In this document: piece by piece, positions 1-12,493 of the stretch | Layout of the letters: each line of letters starts with the position of its first letter | Position numbering within the stretch: the first letter of the stretch is position 1 | NCBI RefSeq assembly: GCF_018350175.1 | Contig: NC_058368.1 | Location: 10,478,001 to 10,542,000, forward strand | Source: Felis catus | Lineage: Eukaryota | DNA: 64,000 nt | Direction: 5' to 3' | Notes under the pieces: model-generated | The model's input: the letters and a program-made list of their open reading frames with translations, nothing else | Database searches by the model: none | What the model was told of the DNA's origin: nothing | Made by a program: the position numbers and the translations under genes

Positions 1-774
1 AGATAATATTCGGTATTGCTCCCATTGTTTACAAATCTTGATAGGCCCCCTTTCTGCCATTTTCTCATCAGTGGGATCGTTTTTCCCTCTTTTTTAATCT
101 ATTTCCCTCATAAGGGATTCTCTGAATTTCACTTAAGTCTGCCACCATAGTAGCTACCGTAGCAATGGGCCATTTAGCCACAGGGGCAAGAACAACCTTT
201 AAAGTCCCATACCATGCTCCTGGGGCTGAGATACGGTCATTCATACAAGAGGAAAGTCATTCTTCATTTGGGCCACCAAAATGCTGCGTGTAAATAGCAC
301 ACTTCATCCCTAGTTCTTCCACAGAGGTCTGCTGCAACAGAAGGGAGGGAACAGCCTCGTTAGGCCAGGTTTTCTTAATGCTAGCATTTATCCAATCAGT
401 CAGATTAGCAAAGTGCCTGCAGTTCTCGACCACGCCTGCCGTATATAATCTTTCATCACCAGGCAGGTTCAGCAGTGGCTGAGGCCACATTTTCATCTCG
501 AATCCATTCAGCATAATACCATCTCCTCCACAGTCCTAAGACCCAAGCTGCCACCCCTTCTTGGCCCTTTTGCTTCACCACCATTTCAGACTCGTGTTGG
601 TTAGGGCGTTTCTGTACCCACACGCTGGTCTGAAACGCTCACAAGACCTGGCCGAATCTCCTGGCTAGCAAGCTTGGGCTTTCCCCCAAGGGACCACAGG
701 CTTTCCCTGCGTGGACTGTGGGCTTCTCCTGGCATCGCCCCCTTTACCCCTCCCTGGCTTGTTTCATTTTCAGT
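1..774 (-). mobile_element. Degenerate gag of a class III (ERV-L/ERV-S-like) endogenous retrovirus, running off the window start
   Basis: Minus-strand translation across frameshifts and stops gives AAWVLGLW/GDGIMLNGFEM, LTDWINASIKKTWPNE, ELGMKCAIY..GPNEE and APGAWYGTLKVVLAP..PIATVATMVADLSE. These resemble class III capsid motifs as I recall them (WLLRLWD.G.DGI.L; DW..A....WP; ELGM..AIY..GPDEE). It lies directly 3' of a PBS and an LTR. Confidence 0.7.
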
Positions 775-792
775 CTCCTGTCCGCTACACCA
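775..792 (-). promoter_or_regulatory. Degenerate primer-binding site, tRNA-Ser type
   Basis: Minus strand reads TGGTGTAGCGGACAGGAG, 13/18 identical to TGGCGTAGTCGGCAGGAT (complement of the tRNA-Ser 3' end). It starts 2 nt after the LTR-terminal CA. Confidence 0.6.
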
Positions 793-794
793 AG

Positions 795-1135
795 TGTTAG
801 AAGCTGGAGGAGGGTCAGTAATGTATCCTCCAGACTGAGAAGGCACTTTAATGCTGAAAAAGGAAGCAAGCCACTCCAAGCTGTTTACGGTTTTATTCAG
901 GGAAACTTACTGATGGTCAGTCTATCAGTCAGGACGGTAATATGCGGCTATTCTCTGCCACTCTCCAGGTTTTATGGAGCTAGGGGCATGGGGGTGCCCT
1001 CACAGGGTAGCTATCTAAAGTGGCACCACCTGGGCAGGGGCTCTCTGCTATTATCTAAAGTGGCTCATTCAGTGCGCCAGAGGCGAGGACAAGATGGAGG
1101 GCCAAGATGGAGTCAGTGTTGTCAGCGCTCCTACG
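795..1135 (-). mobile_element. 5' LTR (~340 bp) of the class III ERV
   Basis: Minus strand begins CGTAGGAGC (TG mutated) and ends GCTTCTAACA, forming imperfect terminal inverted repeats. It contains CATAAAA (TATA-like, ~970-976), AATAAA (892-897), a 13-bp direct repeat (1012-1024 and 1052-1064) and CTCCATCTTG twice. Confidence 0.65.
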
Positions 1136-1456
1136 CCAAGTACATCTGAAGAGATGTGACGGTTCACGCTCACTGAGAAACAGGACTGGTAGACGTGAGC
1201 TAAACAGTACGCTGGCCACCTCAACTTCGTTAACCTGCCACCCTACCCACCCAATGGAGGCAGCCATGTTCTGGCAGGGGCTTATTAAAACCGGGGAGTA
1301 AGCCCCTTGTTTTTTAGTTTCTCTTCTGTTTCCAGGAATCTACAGTGTCCACTTTTTTTCTTCTTCTTTTTAAGTGAATTTCTTCCGTAAATCACTTGAA
1401 CTTCATCTCTAAGCGATTTCCGTACAGTAGTATATAACGTGACCGGTGGGATGTGA

Positions 1457-1651
<195 letters not shown>

Positions 1652-2106
1652 TAACTATGAATAGAGCTTTCTGCAAATACTCTCAGCACTCACTTCTGTT
1701 TCTGTGATCCAGGGCTGGGCGTGTAGCAGCGGGACCAATCCTGACACATAGGTGCTCTGTAAATGGTAGCTGTGACTGTAATAGGAAAGTAAACATGAAA
1801 TTTTCTAAATATGAGAACGGTTCACCACAAAGAATATTTTACCCCTTGGAGAAATATAAATGGATGTCGAGGGACTTGGTAGAAATTTCCCTAGAGGAAT
1901 GATTGCTTCTAGGTAGACAATTAGCTTTGCTTGTTTTAATGAGAAAGAAATTTGGATATAGATTTTATTCCAGAAAACAAGTCACCAGACTTTTAAATGA
2001 TCTATTGCTAATAAATCACATTTAGGAAAAGAGTAGTATAGAATATCACTTAAGCAGTTAAGTGATATTTGTGTCAGATTTATAGATTTTAAATGACAGT
2101 GAAAAG

Positions 2107-2296
2107 TTAACATTTTTCATGTTTATTTATTTTTTGAGAGAGAGAATGAGAGAGAGCAAGCCGGGGAGGGACAGGGACAGGGAGAGAGAGATCCCAAGGC
2201 ACTGACGTGGGGCTTGAATTCACAAACTGTGACGTCATGACCTGAGCCGAAACCAAGAGTCGGATGCTCAACTGACTGAGCCACCCAGGTGCCCCC
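2107..2296 (-). mobile_element. Can-SINE, internally deleted
   Basis: T-rich tail, (GA)n tract and the head tgagccacccaggtgcccc. Confidence 0.9.
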
Positions 2297-2558
2297 AAAG
2301 TCAGTGTTTTTAAATGAAGCATCTGCCTATGCCGGATCTCTTATAGGGGACGATTCTGATTTGATTTATATGGCTACGTCACTTGAGCAGTTAGTCTATT
2401 ATTTCCACAGTTTTTGCTATTGATGGATTTCGGGAGAATCTGAACTTGTTATGAAATACAGTGATTTAAATTCATTCAACAGGTATTTGTTCAATGTCCA
2501 CTATGTGCTTGGCAACATTCTTGGCACTGGTTTATAAAGCTCTGAGAGTCACGAGCAT

Positions 2559-2840
2559 AAGGGGCGGCAGCTTGGGTATTAGGACTGTGCAATACTGGAG
2601 GAGATGGTATTATGTTGAATGGATTCAAGATGGAAGAAATGGCCCCAGCCACTGCTCAACCGGCCTTGTGATAAAGACTATCTACTGGGCCTGGGCAGGA
2701 GTACTGATCTTTGTTGGGCAGTGGCATGCTTCCACCTGAGGTCATTAGCAACAGGAGATGGGGGTCCAGGTAGGCCTTGGAAAAGACGCTAAAGGGTAAA
2801 GGCCAACGACTATTGACTTCTTAATTAAAAAAAAAAAAAA
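2559..2840 (+). mobile_element. Second, inverted fragment of the same ERV gag, followed by an A-tail
   Basis: 2559-2706 aligns by hand to the reverse complement of 420-559. It translates from 2567 as AAWVLGLCNTGGDGIMLNGFKMEEMAPATAQPAL**RLST and ends in ATT followed by A14. Confidence 0.75.
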
Positions 2841-3329
2841 GGCTCAAGCTATTTGCAGCTTTATAGTAATGCATTTCGTTTTCTGGGTGAGGTGGTAAAG
2901 CCAATGAAGAATCAGGGTATGGTATCCCTTGAGTCAGAACTTTCTGCCTTTGAACGGGGTCTTATTATTTGCATATGGGTTTCTATATTTTGTGGCACAT
3001 ATGGGCTAACATGCTTTTAACACAGAAGTGATGGCCAAGAACACTATTTGGTTTCCTTCTTTGCCTGTTGGATTTCACTGTTATCTCTGAGACTGGCCCT
3101 TGAAGCCTGAAATGGCACTTGACCTCACCTAGCCAGTGTGGCCTTTTCGTTGCTCCAGCTGGTTGCTCATTCATTCCACAAGCCTGGTGGGCATAGGCAC
3201 TGGGGATGCAAACGGAAGCCACAGTTCCTTCCCTACAGGAGCTCACAGGGCAGTGCCAGACTGGCATCTACATTGCATGGGTGTCACTGCTCCCCTTCCC
3301 AGGCCCATGGCGGGCACTGTCACCACCAA

Positions 3330-5170
3330 GATGGCACTGTTTTGCCATCTTAAAACTCCTTCCTGCCACCGCACCCTCCCTCTTCTCCCCTTCAAGTCAT
3401 CGTAAGAACCCAGGACTCACGATCTCTGTTCTCCAGCTCCCACTTCCATGTGACCGCTACGCTTGGCTTCCCACCTCAGCTGTCTTGCCGAGGTTTCCGG
3501 CAGCATCCACGTAGCCAGATCCAGGGGCGGACTCCCGATCTTCCTCTTGTTTGACCTCTTAGCCGACTTTGACAAAGGTGACTGCTTACTCCTTGAAATG
3601 CTCCTTTCTCTTGCTTTCCGGAACAGTGTCCTGTCGTTGTGTATTCCTGCCTTTCTGATCATTCCTTCTGAGTTCCTTCTTCCTGTTCCTGTGTTCTCCA
3701 GGCCTCTTTTCTGGTGTCCTCTTCTCACTCTGTATTCTCCTTGGTGATCTTATCCACCCCCGTGGCTGTGCTGAAAACACCCAAAGCTCTATCCCCAGCC
3801 TGCAACTCTCCCCAGACCTCCCGATTCCTACATCCACCCACTGGAGGCCCTGTCCACTGGCGTGATTCCCAGGACATGAGACCCAGCACTGCCATCCTGA
3901 CCTTGCCTCTGACCCTGGCCCCTGCTTTAGTGTTTTCCCAGTGGTGTTCCCTCAGGGAAGACGTGGCATGCGTGAGTTCCTGCCCCAGAGACCTCTGAGT
4001 CTTCTTTGCCCTTTCTCTTCCTCGTTCCCCAGGACTTTGCAGCCGACCCGGTCACCAAGTCGTGTCAGTTCTGTCTCCTAAATATCACTTCTGTCTCCAC
4101 CTCCCCAGTTCTGATCTAGGTCACACCATCTCTCACGTGCGTGCTTCTGCCATGGCTCCCCATCTCCTCCACTCCTTGCTGTCGACCACCCTGTAGCCAC
4201 AGAGACCTTTCTACAACCACATCTGATCCTGATGCCCTCCTGCTCAGAGGCCTTCACGCGCTTCTCTGGCTTTTATTCTTCCCCAAGAGCGCGAGCCCTT
4301 CCCTACCTTTGGCATCTAAGACTAGGAGACGGTCGTTCAGATTCCGGCAGGAGTCAGGCTGGTCTGGGATTAGGCCTCGTTTTAATCACCTTCAGTTTTC
4401 CGGGTCCACAGCCTCCGTGGGTGCTGCTGAGGCCACTGACTTGGGGCTAATGTCTCTAGCTGGTCTTTTCTCCCCGCCTCCTGCCCCCCAGCTTGCCACC
4501 TGTCTGGGAAGGATTCCTCTCTCTAGAAATGAGTTCACCTGCGCTTCATACCCCCCATCTCTGCAACAATGCCATAGGTTATTGTGATTTTAATTTTATT
4601 TGGATTTTTTTTTTCATTACCATGAGAATGAAAGTCTTTGCGCTCCTTTATAACCTCCTGTGACCTTTAGGATAAAGTCGAAATTCCTGGTCAAGACTTA
4701 CCTGGCCTCTCATGATCTTGGCAGATGCTGTTTTACTGTTCTAGGCTTCTTCACCTGCACTGTCATCTTAAAGAATTCCTGGACTTATTTCAAGTCCTCA
4801 GAGGCCTTTTTTCTTTCCTCTTCCCCCAGACTGGCGTCTGCTGGTCTCCACACAGCACTGTTTCCCCTCCCCAGCTGTCTTTGTCACACGGCTCATCCTT
4901 CTCATTTCTTTGGACATGATATAGCTATAATTTATTCCTGGAAGCCTTTGGCCTAGTCTGGCCTCTCAAATCTGGGTTTGATGCCTTTCAAATGTACTTT
5001 CATAGCATATTATGCAACCCATTATCATTTAATTGCCTATTTACCTTTCTGTTTTCCACCTAAATGATGAATTATTTGAAGGCAGCACCTGTGTCTCATT
5101 TCTCATTATATCTTTACTTCCTAGCAGAGGGACTCATTTTTTACAAGGTACAGTGAATAAATGAGTAAAC
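3330..5170 (+). mobile_element. Ancient LINE-2 remnant
   Basis: ORF 3463-3747 contains LLFDLLADFDKGDCLLLEMLLSL, matching the L2 RT motif LLDLSAAFDTVDH.LLLE.LSSL. The body is pyrimidine-rich, with an L2-type tail (gaataaatgagtaaac) near 5160. Confidence 0.75.
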
Positions 5171-6473
5171 AAATGCATGAACACTGAGCCTTGATCTTTA
5201 TATAACTAACGACTGGTATAATACTCTGTTTCTAATGGTACTTTTACAAAGATACAGAAGCATCCATCACAAGACTGTCTCGTATCGACCTGTGAAAAAA
5301 GCGGCAGACAGAATGTTAAATGATTTCTCAGTAGACTTTCTGATGATCGAGCTTAAGAACCAACATGATTTTTCTTAAATAGCAAGTCAGGATCAGTTAA
5401 GGGCTTGAAACACCAACGAATGGATCATAGTCGTCATTTAAAAACAGTGTACTATAAAATGGAATAGAATAAAATTGAAATATCATAGTCTATCACACGT
5501 GGTAAGGGCAGGTATCGTCTCGTGGAATTTTGTTTTTCGTTTTGTGCACACACGACACACACAAATGAAAAGCGTTTCTTGTTTTCTCACTGGTTTACAG
5601 TCAGTCAGTCTGTGAAAACCCTTGCCTTCCACTGTCTCTGTTAAGCCCCACAAAGCAGAGCTGAATCAGGAGTGTGGACTCCAGTGATTGGTGTGGAGGT
5701 ATTGTGTATTTGCAAAACGAGACCTTTGCCCTCTTTGAATCCCAAGTGTCTGGCATTCACTTTGTTGCTTACTCCTTGAACATTCAGGTATCTGGAGACA
5801 GTTTATTCAATAAGCAAGCATTTTCTTTTCTGAAATGCCTACCTCTGTTTGGGTAGAAAGCTGTGATCAGGATGTCACCATTCTCTTTGGCAGCCATACT
5901 GGAAAGGGGCTGAGGGCCAGTGTTACCCCGAGATAGCCCTGACCCGTCCGTCTGCTAGAAGAGCAGGAGGGGCGGGCACGTTTCTGATGCACTTTATCTT
6001 CTGTATGTGCTCTTGATTTGCGCGCACGGCCTTCTGCAAGCCCTTGCCTCCCATTTCAGTTTTCCTTATGCTTAAAATTAGTATGCTCTATATGAAAAGA
6101 AATCACATCTCTTTAATATTTAAAAGTTGGAGGATAGAGCAGATATACCATGATATGTTTGGTAGTTTTCCATTTTGGGGGGCAACTTCTTTTTGAAATA
6201 ACCCATCAGCATGCTAATAAACAAGTGTAATTAAGGACTCCTGTGTACTTAGTTTATGTGGCTAATTAATGTAAGACTGTTCTGTGTGAGTAGGGAAAAA
6301 TAGAAAAAAAAAAATACTAATACAGATTTTTCAGAGAGTAGGCCAGGAGAAAAGAGTGGGCTTCCCTTTGCTTTCTCGTTCTACTAGATGCTGGCAAAAG
6401 AAAAAAATAAAGTGTTTTGACTTAAATTGGGTTTAAGATAAACACGATTATAGCTAGGATTGGGATGCAAGTA

Positions 6474-7030
6474 CAGTTGGCTTTTAAACAACATGGATTT
6501 GAATTGGGCATGTTCACTTGTATGTGATTTTTTTTCCCCAATACAGTACAGTGCTATAAATGTACTTTCTCTTCCTTATGATTTTTTTTTCTTAATGTTT
6601 TATTTATTTTTGAGACAGAGAGAGACCGAGCACGAGCAGGGGAGGGGCACAGAGAGAGAGAGGGAGACACAGAATCTGAAGCAGGCTCCAGGCTCTGAGC
6701 TGTCAGCACAGAGCCCGACGTGGGGCTCGAACTCACGAACCGTGAGATCGTGACCTGAGCCGAAGTCAGAGGCTCAACCGACTGAGCCACCCAGGCACCC
6801 CGTTATGATTTTCTTAATGACATTTTCTTTTTCATAGCTTACTTTGTTGTAAGAAAACAATGTATAATACATATAACATACACTGTGTTTATTGTTCATG
6901 TTATCAGGAAGGCTTCTGGTCAACACTAGGCTATTAGTAGGTAACTTTTGGGGGGAGTCAAAAGTTATTATCAGAGTTTAACCTGGACATGGGACTGGCC
7001 CCCAAACACTGCATTGTTCAAAGTCAAGTG
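6474..7030. mobile_element. Tigger2-type (Tc1/mariner) non-autonomous DNA transposon, split by a SINE
   Basis: ta|CAGTTGGCTTTTAAACAACATGGATTTGAA ... TTGTTCAAAGTCAAGTG are degenerate terminal inverted repeats, with a TA target site on the left. Confidence 0.8.
6582..6801 (-). mobile_element. Can-SINE inserted in Tigger
   Basis: Full head and body; TSD ttatgatttt. Confidence 0.95.
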
Positions 7031-7291
7031 CAGTTTACTTAGGAAATTCCCTTTGACATAGCATCAGATAGATGTTTTAAGGGAAGTGTTTGTTTATAGC
7101 TGATGCATGTTCCCTCACATAGACCCTTTTCCTGGGGTCAGGTAGGTGAGCGGGAGATTGACTCAGCATGTAGATGCTACCCCAGTCACTGGGGGGCACT
7201 GGACTCTGAGAGAAGAGGACTTCTGGTGAGTTTTTATATGTACAGTTTTCCTTTTGGTACAGTTCACAAGAACTGTGTTTCTTCTTCTTTT

Positions 7292-7485
7292 TGTTTCTTA
7301 AGTTTATTTATTTTGAGAGAAAGAGAGCAGGGGAGGGGCAGAAAGGGAGGGAACTAGAGAGAATCCCAAGCAGGCTCTGCACTGTCAGCACAGTGCAGAG
7401 CCCCATGTGGGGCTCCGACTCACAAACTTGTGAGATCGTGACCCGAGCCGAAATCAAGAGTCTGACGCTTACCTGACTGAGCCCC
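7292..7485 (-). mobile_element. Can-SINE, head slightly truncated
   Basis: SINE body flanked by agaactg(t/c)gtttcttcttctttt direct repeats. Confidence 0.92.
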
Positions 7486-7508
7486 AGAACTGCGTTTCTT
7501 CTTCTTTT

Positions 7509-7724
7509 AAAATGTTTAATCATTTTTGAGAGGGAGAGACAGAGCATGAGCAGGGGAGGGGCAGAGAGAGAGAGAGAGAGAGAGAGAGACACAGCATCCG
7601 AAGCAGGTTCCAGGCTCTGAGCTGTCAGCACAGAGCCTGGCGCGGGGCTCAAACTCACAAACCATGAGATCGTGACCTGAGCCCTAGTTGGACATTTAAC
7701 CGACTGAGCCCCGCAGGCGCCCCC
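7509..7724 (-). mobile_element. Can-SINE
   Basis: Full head aggcgccccc, (GA)n tract, and flanking agaactg..tttcttct repeat. Confidence 0.95.
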
Positions 7725-8866
7725 AGAACTGTTTCTTCTAGTTGTGTAGTCCGATTTCCTTGTATCGTCTTCATTAAAGAGCTGCTTTTTCCTCTTGTCT
7801 GGTCTTGTCTCATCGTGCCTTCTGGCCTCTTCGCCGGGGCAGAGAGAATGTCCTGTGTGCCATTGCATTGCCAGCACATGGTCACTGGTGTTAAGCTACA
7901 TTGGACTGAGCCCAGCTGAGTTTCGCATCAGGGATTGTATTCAAGGTCTTTGTCCTGTTTTCCTTCCTACTAGACTGGTCCACAGAGCTCCCTCCTCCCT
8001 GGGAAAAAGGTCTTTGTAAAGGCAGCTTCGTTCCCACTTGTTTGACGCGTCCGATTTTGCTGAATGCTTAACTGTGTGCGACGCCCTGTATTTGGGCTCT
8101 GGGAATATATGGATAAGTTTGAGACAGTTTTGCCTTCAAGGAAGTCATTGCCTATTGGGAATGAATTTGTGAACCATATTAGCCCCTTCAGCCCTATCAG
8201 CTATTGGATTATTCATCATATGAGAAGATTCATTACTACTGTAGGACCAGGTGGTCCTATATTTGGGGACCAATCTATATTTTAAAAAGAGGAGGATTTA
8301 TTGCAGGAACTTGTTACAGATGTGCTGGAAAGGGCTGGAAAGGGCTGGAGGGAGAAAACAGAGCAGGTGGCCTTACCTAGAGCTTGGTAACTACAGAAAG
8401 CTGCTACTGCCCCAAAGGCTAGAGGAACAAAGCAAAGCCTGTGTTCTGGAGCCTGTTCTTGAGGGGTGCTGTGGCCGTTCCTGCTGTTGGGTCACGACAC
8501 TACATCTGAGCCAGTCCCGGGCCTGGCCCCCCGCTGTTGCTGTGGGACCACAATCACCACTCTGCTGCCCTGGGCCTGTTCTGCTGGAGCCTGTATGTAG
8601 CTGCCCACCAACACCTGCGTCTGTCACAGGGCTGGCCGGAGCCAGAAGCAGATGCCCCCGGCTCCCCCACACCCCCTTAGGATTGTGCCCCTCATTGTCA
8701 GGTTGGAGCCGGGTCTTAGATGGCAAGGGAAACTGGAAAATGTTGTTTTACAGTTTCTAGCCTTACGCAGCATCTGAGGAGGGCACAGAAAGGCAGGACT
8801 GGGCATGAGTTCCACTGGAAAGCACCCAACGTACCAGGTCAAGTAGCATCCTAGCACTATTTGGGG

Positions 8867-8870
<4 letters not shown>

Positions 8871-8916
<46 letters not shown>
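8871..8916. repeat. (TC)n microsatellite
   Basis: Perfect TC run of about 23 units. Confidence 0.97.
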
Positions 8917-8920
<4 letters not shown>

Positions 8921-9285
8921 TTCTCTTTCTCAAAATCACCTTAAGGACGCTTCTGCAGACTTGGAATCACTTGGACAATGCACGGTTGTTCCAGGTAGAT
9001 TTGATATTATTGTCAGTCAGCACCTGTACGAGTAAGGTGCTTGGGCCCATCTACTTGCTGGGAATGTTGGTGGATTTTGTTACTGATCTCACTGAGAGTG
9101 TTCCAACTAAAGAACTACTCTAATTTCCAATGGCATATTAAGAAAAAACCATCGTATAGTGTTCGTTTTCAAGAAATCTATGAAGACATACAGTTGCCTA
9201 TTAGATAGGTAAACACCTCTTCAAAGTAAAATTTCCTTTCGTAGAAAGCACCAAACATTTCCCCCAGAACAACTATTAGATATAA

Positions 9286-9657
<372 letters not shown>

Positions 9658-11077
9658 TAAGAACTGTGGATGGGCTCCGGATCTCTTTGTCCAGAGGGCT
9701 GATGCTGTTCCATCTACGGCAGGAAAATGGAAAACAGAATGGTGTTTGACCAGTGTCCTTGAATATAGAACGAGGGAAAAGCTACTCTTTTTCCCCCCTC
9801 TGTTTTTGAGTTGCATTGGTGGCATTTAAAATTATTAAATGCTATCTAGAAATACGCACGAACGACCTAATATTTCTGCTGTGTGTATGCCACCAAGTGA
9901 ATGTAAATCTGTCCTGTCCTCAGGTTTTACGCTGTCCACCGGCTGCTTTTTTATTGGGCTTTCTCCTTTCATTGCTATTAAGCTGAGTGGCTAAACTCTG
10001 TTACACTTCAGCATAGTATCTCAATAAGCATATATACTGGGGGTATATATTTTTGTTGTCTGCGACGGATGTTTGCCAAGGATAGTTGGTGCTACAGTGG
10101 CTTCACCATACTGCAATTTGGGTTGGGAGAAGGGAATCTGCATTATGTTTGGTAGTTTTTTTTGTTTTTTGTTTTTTTCAGGAATCAGGTCAGCGAATGT
10201 TCTGATGGTGTAATAATACAAATGTTGTCATGTTTAGTAACCGGTAGCAAACGCTATCATACCAATTTAGAAAATTGAACATGACAGAAATAGCACTATA
10301 GGAAATAACTTGAACAAGGCAAAGAAAATGTTTGCATTATCAAGAAAGGCAGAATCCATTTTGGCATCCTTGAGGACCGCAACGGAGAATGGAAATAGAC
10401 CTTTCGTAATAAGAAATGTATGAGAAATCTCTTTCTTGGTACCAGTCAGTACTTCTCCATCTTTTAAAACCTTGAGAGCCCTTACCCATTTTAAGCCTAT
10501 GTATTGTGTTATGGGGTGACTTAGAGAAGCAAATTATTTTCTCTTGCTCTTTCTCTCACCCCGTGTCATAGTGTTTCACTTCTAGAAAAGGAAGGGTAAT
10601 TAAAACTGTTGGTTTAAGGGGAATAATTTGTCACTGTTAATAGGACAGTCTTGGGTTTTTATAGCACCAAGGGAAGAATATGCTAGTAAAGAAAATGATA
10701 AAGAGAAAAGAAAGAAGGAAAATAATCCTTAAGCAAAAAATCCTTTGAAGATAGTTAAAAATAAAAAAAATTGTCATTTCCCAGACTTTAGGACTCTTGA
10801 TTTCTCTAATCCACATAATAAATGGTAAATCTTTCCAAAATTGTAAAATATGCTTAAAGCCTATCCTCCCCAACAGATACCACTATATCTTCTAATTCTT
10901 AAGCCTCTTTTAGAGAGTTTGCTATGATTTGGAGATTATTTCACGTTTATAATGCTTGAATACTGATCCAAACAGTGCATTGGTTCATACTGAGAAACAC
11001 ATATGAGGCACAGAGATAAAAACCTAAGATTCCTGATGAGTCAGAGATAGAGTGGGGCTTTAGGAAAATAGTCTCAG

Positions 11078-11299
11078 GGGGGCGCCTGGGTGGCGCAGTC
11101 GGTTGAGCGTTCAACTTCAGCCAGGTCACGATCTCGCGGTCCGGGAGTTCGAGCCCCGCGTCGGGCTCTGGGCTGATGGCTCAGAGCCTGGAGCCTGTTT
11201 CCGATTCTGTGTCTCCCTCTCTCTCTCTCTGCCCCTCCCCCGTTCATGCTCTGTCTCTCTCTGTCCCAAAAATAAATAAACGTTGAAAAAAAAAAATTT
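11078..11299 (+). mobile_element. Young felid Can-SINE
   Basis: CpG-rich head ggggcgcctgggtggcgcagtcggtt, (CT)n tract and A-tail; perfect TSD aggaaaatagtctcag. Confidence 0.97.
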
Positions 11300-11829
11300 A
11301 GGAAAATAGTCTCAGAGACAAAGTAGCCTGGGCCACTCTCCTTCTCTTTTTAGTCAGTTTATTGTGAAATCATAGGCTTAGAAGGGGGCTTCAAGGAATA
11401 TGTAGTATATCCTTTTATTAAAAACAAAGGGTCTAGAGCATATGGTTTTCTGTTCTTCTAAAATTATATGCCACCAATGGGTATGGCAGCATGCAGTGGC
11501 CAGCCAGTGAAACCTCTGCGCAAAATTGTCAAAATACTCATTTCAGGACTCTGGAAATCAAACAAACAAAAGCAGTGGGAAGCACTCATTCCTGAAAAAT
11601 TGCGATGGTTTCAGTAAGACCAACGGAATATGAGGCCTTCTGAGGCCTTTCTGCCTGAAGACCCCTCAGCCTCCACCTCCCCATGCACCCCACCTTGGTT
11701 GGAGAGAGCGAGAACAGTTTGACCAGTATGGGCCTAGCTGGAAAAAAAACAGCAGCTTTGCTGTCAGAGGGGGTGGACTTGGTTTGGGGAGGGAGAGATA
11801 TTAAAGGTTAGAGCAAAGTCAACAGAAAA

Positions 11830-12493
11830 ACAGCAGAAAAAATTAGTTATATTGGGAAGATCAGCTGATTTGGTACACCTTTAGCTAGGTTGCCCAAGAG
11901 AAAAAGAAGACAGAGATTACCAAAAGGAATTAAAGAGGGGACGTCATTACAAGCCCTACCAAAATTGTGCCAACAAGTTAGACAATTTGAGTGAAAGGGG
12001 AGAAATTTCTAGAATCATACTCATTAGCCAAACTGGCTTAAAAAGAAACAGAGAAAATATTTGAACCTACATACATGGATGGAATTAAAGGAGTGAGAAT
12101 ACTTTCTGATTCATTTTATGAGGCCAATATTAACCTAGTATGTCAAAGATGCATATTGTTATCCTTCGAGCAAGCACTTAGAAGATCACTCCAAAAATAA
12201 ACAAAGGGATTAAAACGGTATATCACAAAAAGAAACGGCAAGCCAATATTACTCTGGAGCATAGATAGAAAAATCCTTAACAAAATATTAGCAAACTGAA
12301 TCCGGCAATATATAAATGGGATTATATGCCATGCCCCAGTGGGATTTACCACAGGAATGCAAGCTTGGTTTCCCATCCAAAATCAATTATTTTTACATAC
12401 CATATGAATAGAATAATGAATAAAAGCCACATGATCCTCTGATTAGACACTCAAAAATATTTGACAAAATCTAACACCCCTTCATGATTAAAA
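11830..12493 (+). mobile_element. Old eutherian L1 ORF2 remnant, left part
   Basis: Decayed L1 ORF2 (tcattttatgaggccaatattaacc; aaaatccttaacaaaatattagcaaac; tttgacaaaatctaacaccccttcatgattaaaa) that resumes at ~15676. Confidence 0.8.

Noticed and set aside
1276..1320. Stem-loop aggggctta...taagcccct followed by a T-run, resembling an intrinsic terminator
   Set aside because: Eukaryotic intron. A 9-bp stem is expected by chance in 64 kb, and there is no Pol III promoter evidence.
7308..7877. 189-aa ORF and many similar 'AQSVK...SLEPASDSVSPSLS' ORFs
   Set aside because: These are translations of Can-SINE bodies.
8251..8760. 169-aa GC-rich ORF
   Set aside because: No recognisable domain or splice structure. 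It probably lies in an old LTR-like repeat that I could not assign.
11078..11165. tRNA gene (A- and B-box-like motifs)
   Set aside because: This is the tRNA-derived head of a SINE, with a (CT)n tract, A-tail and TSD.
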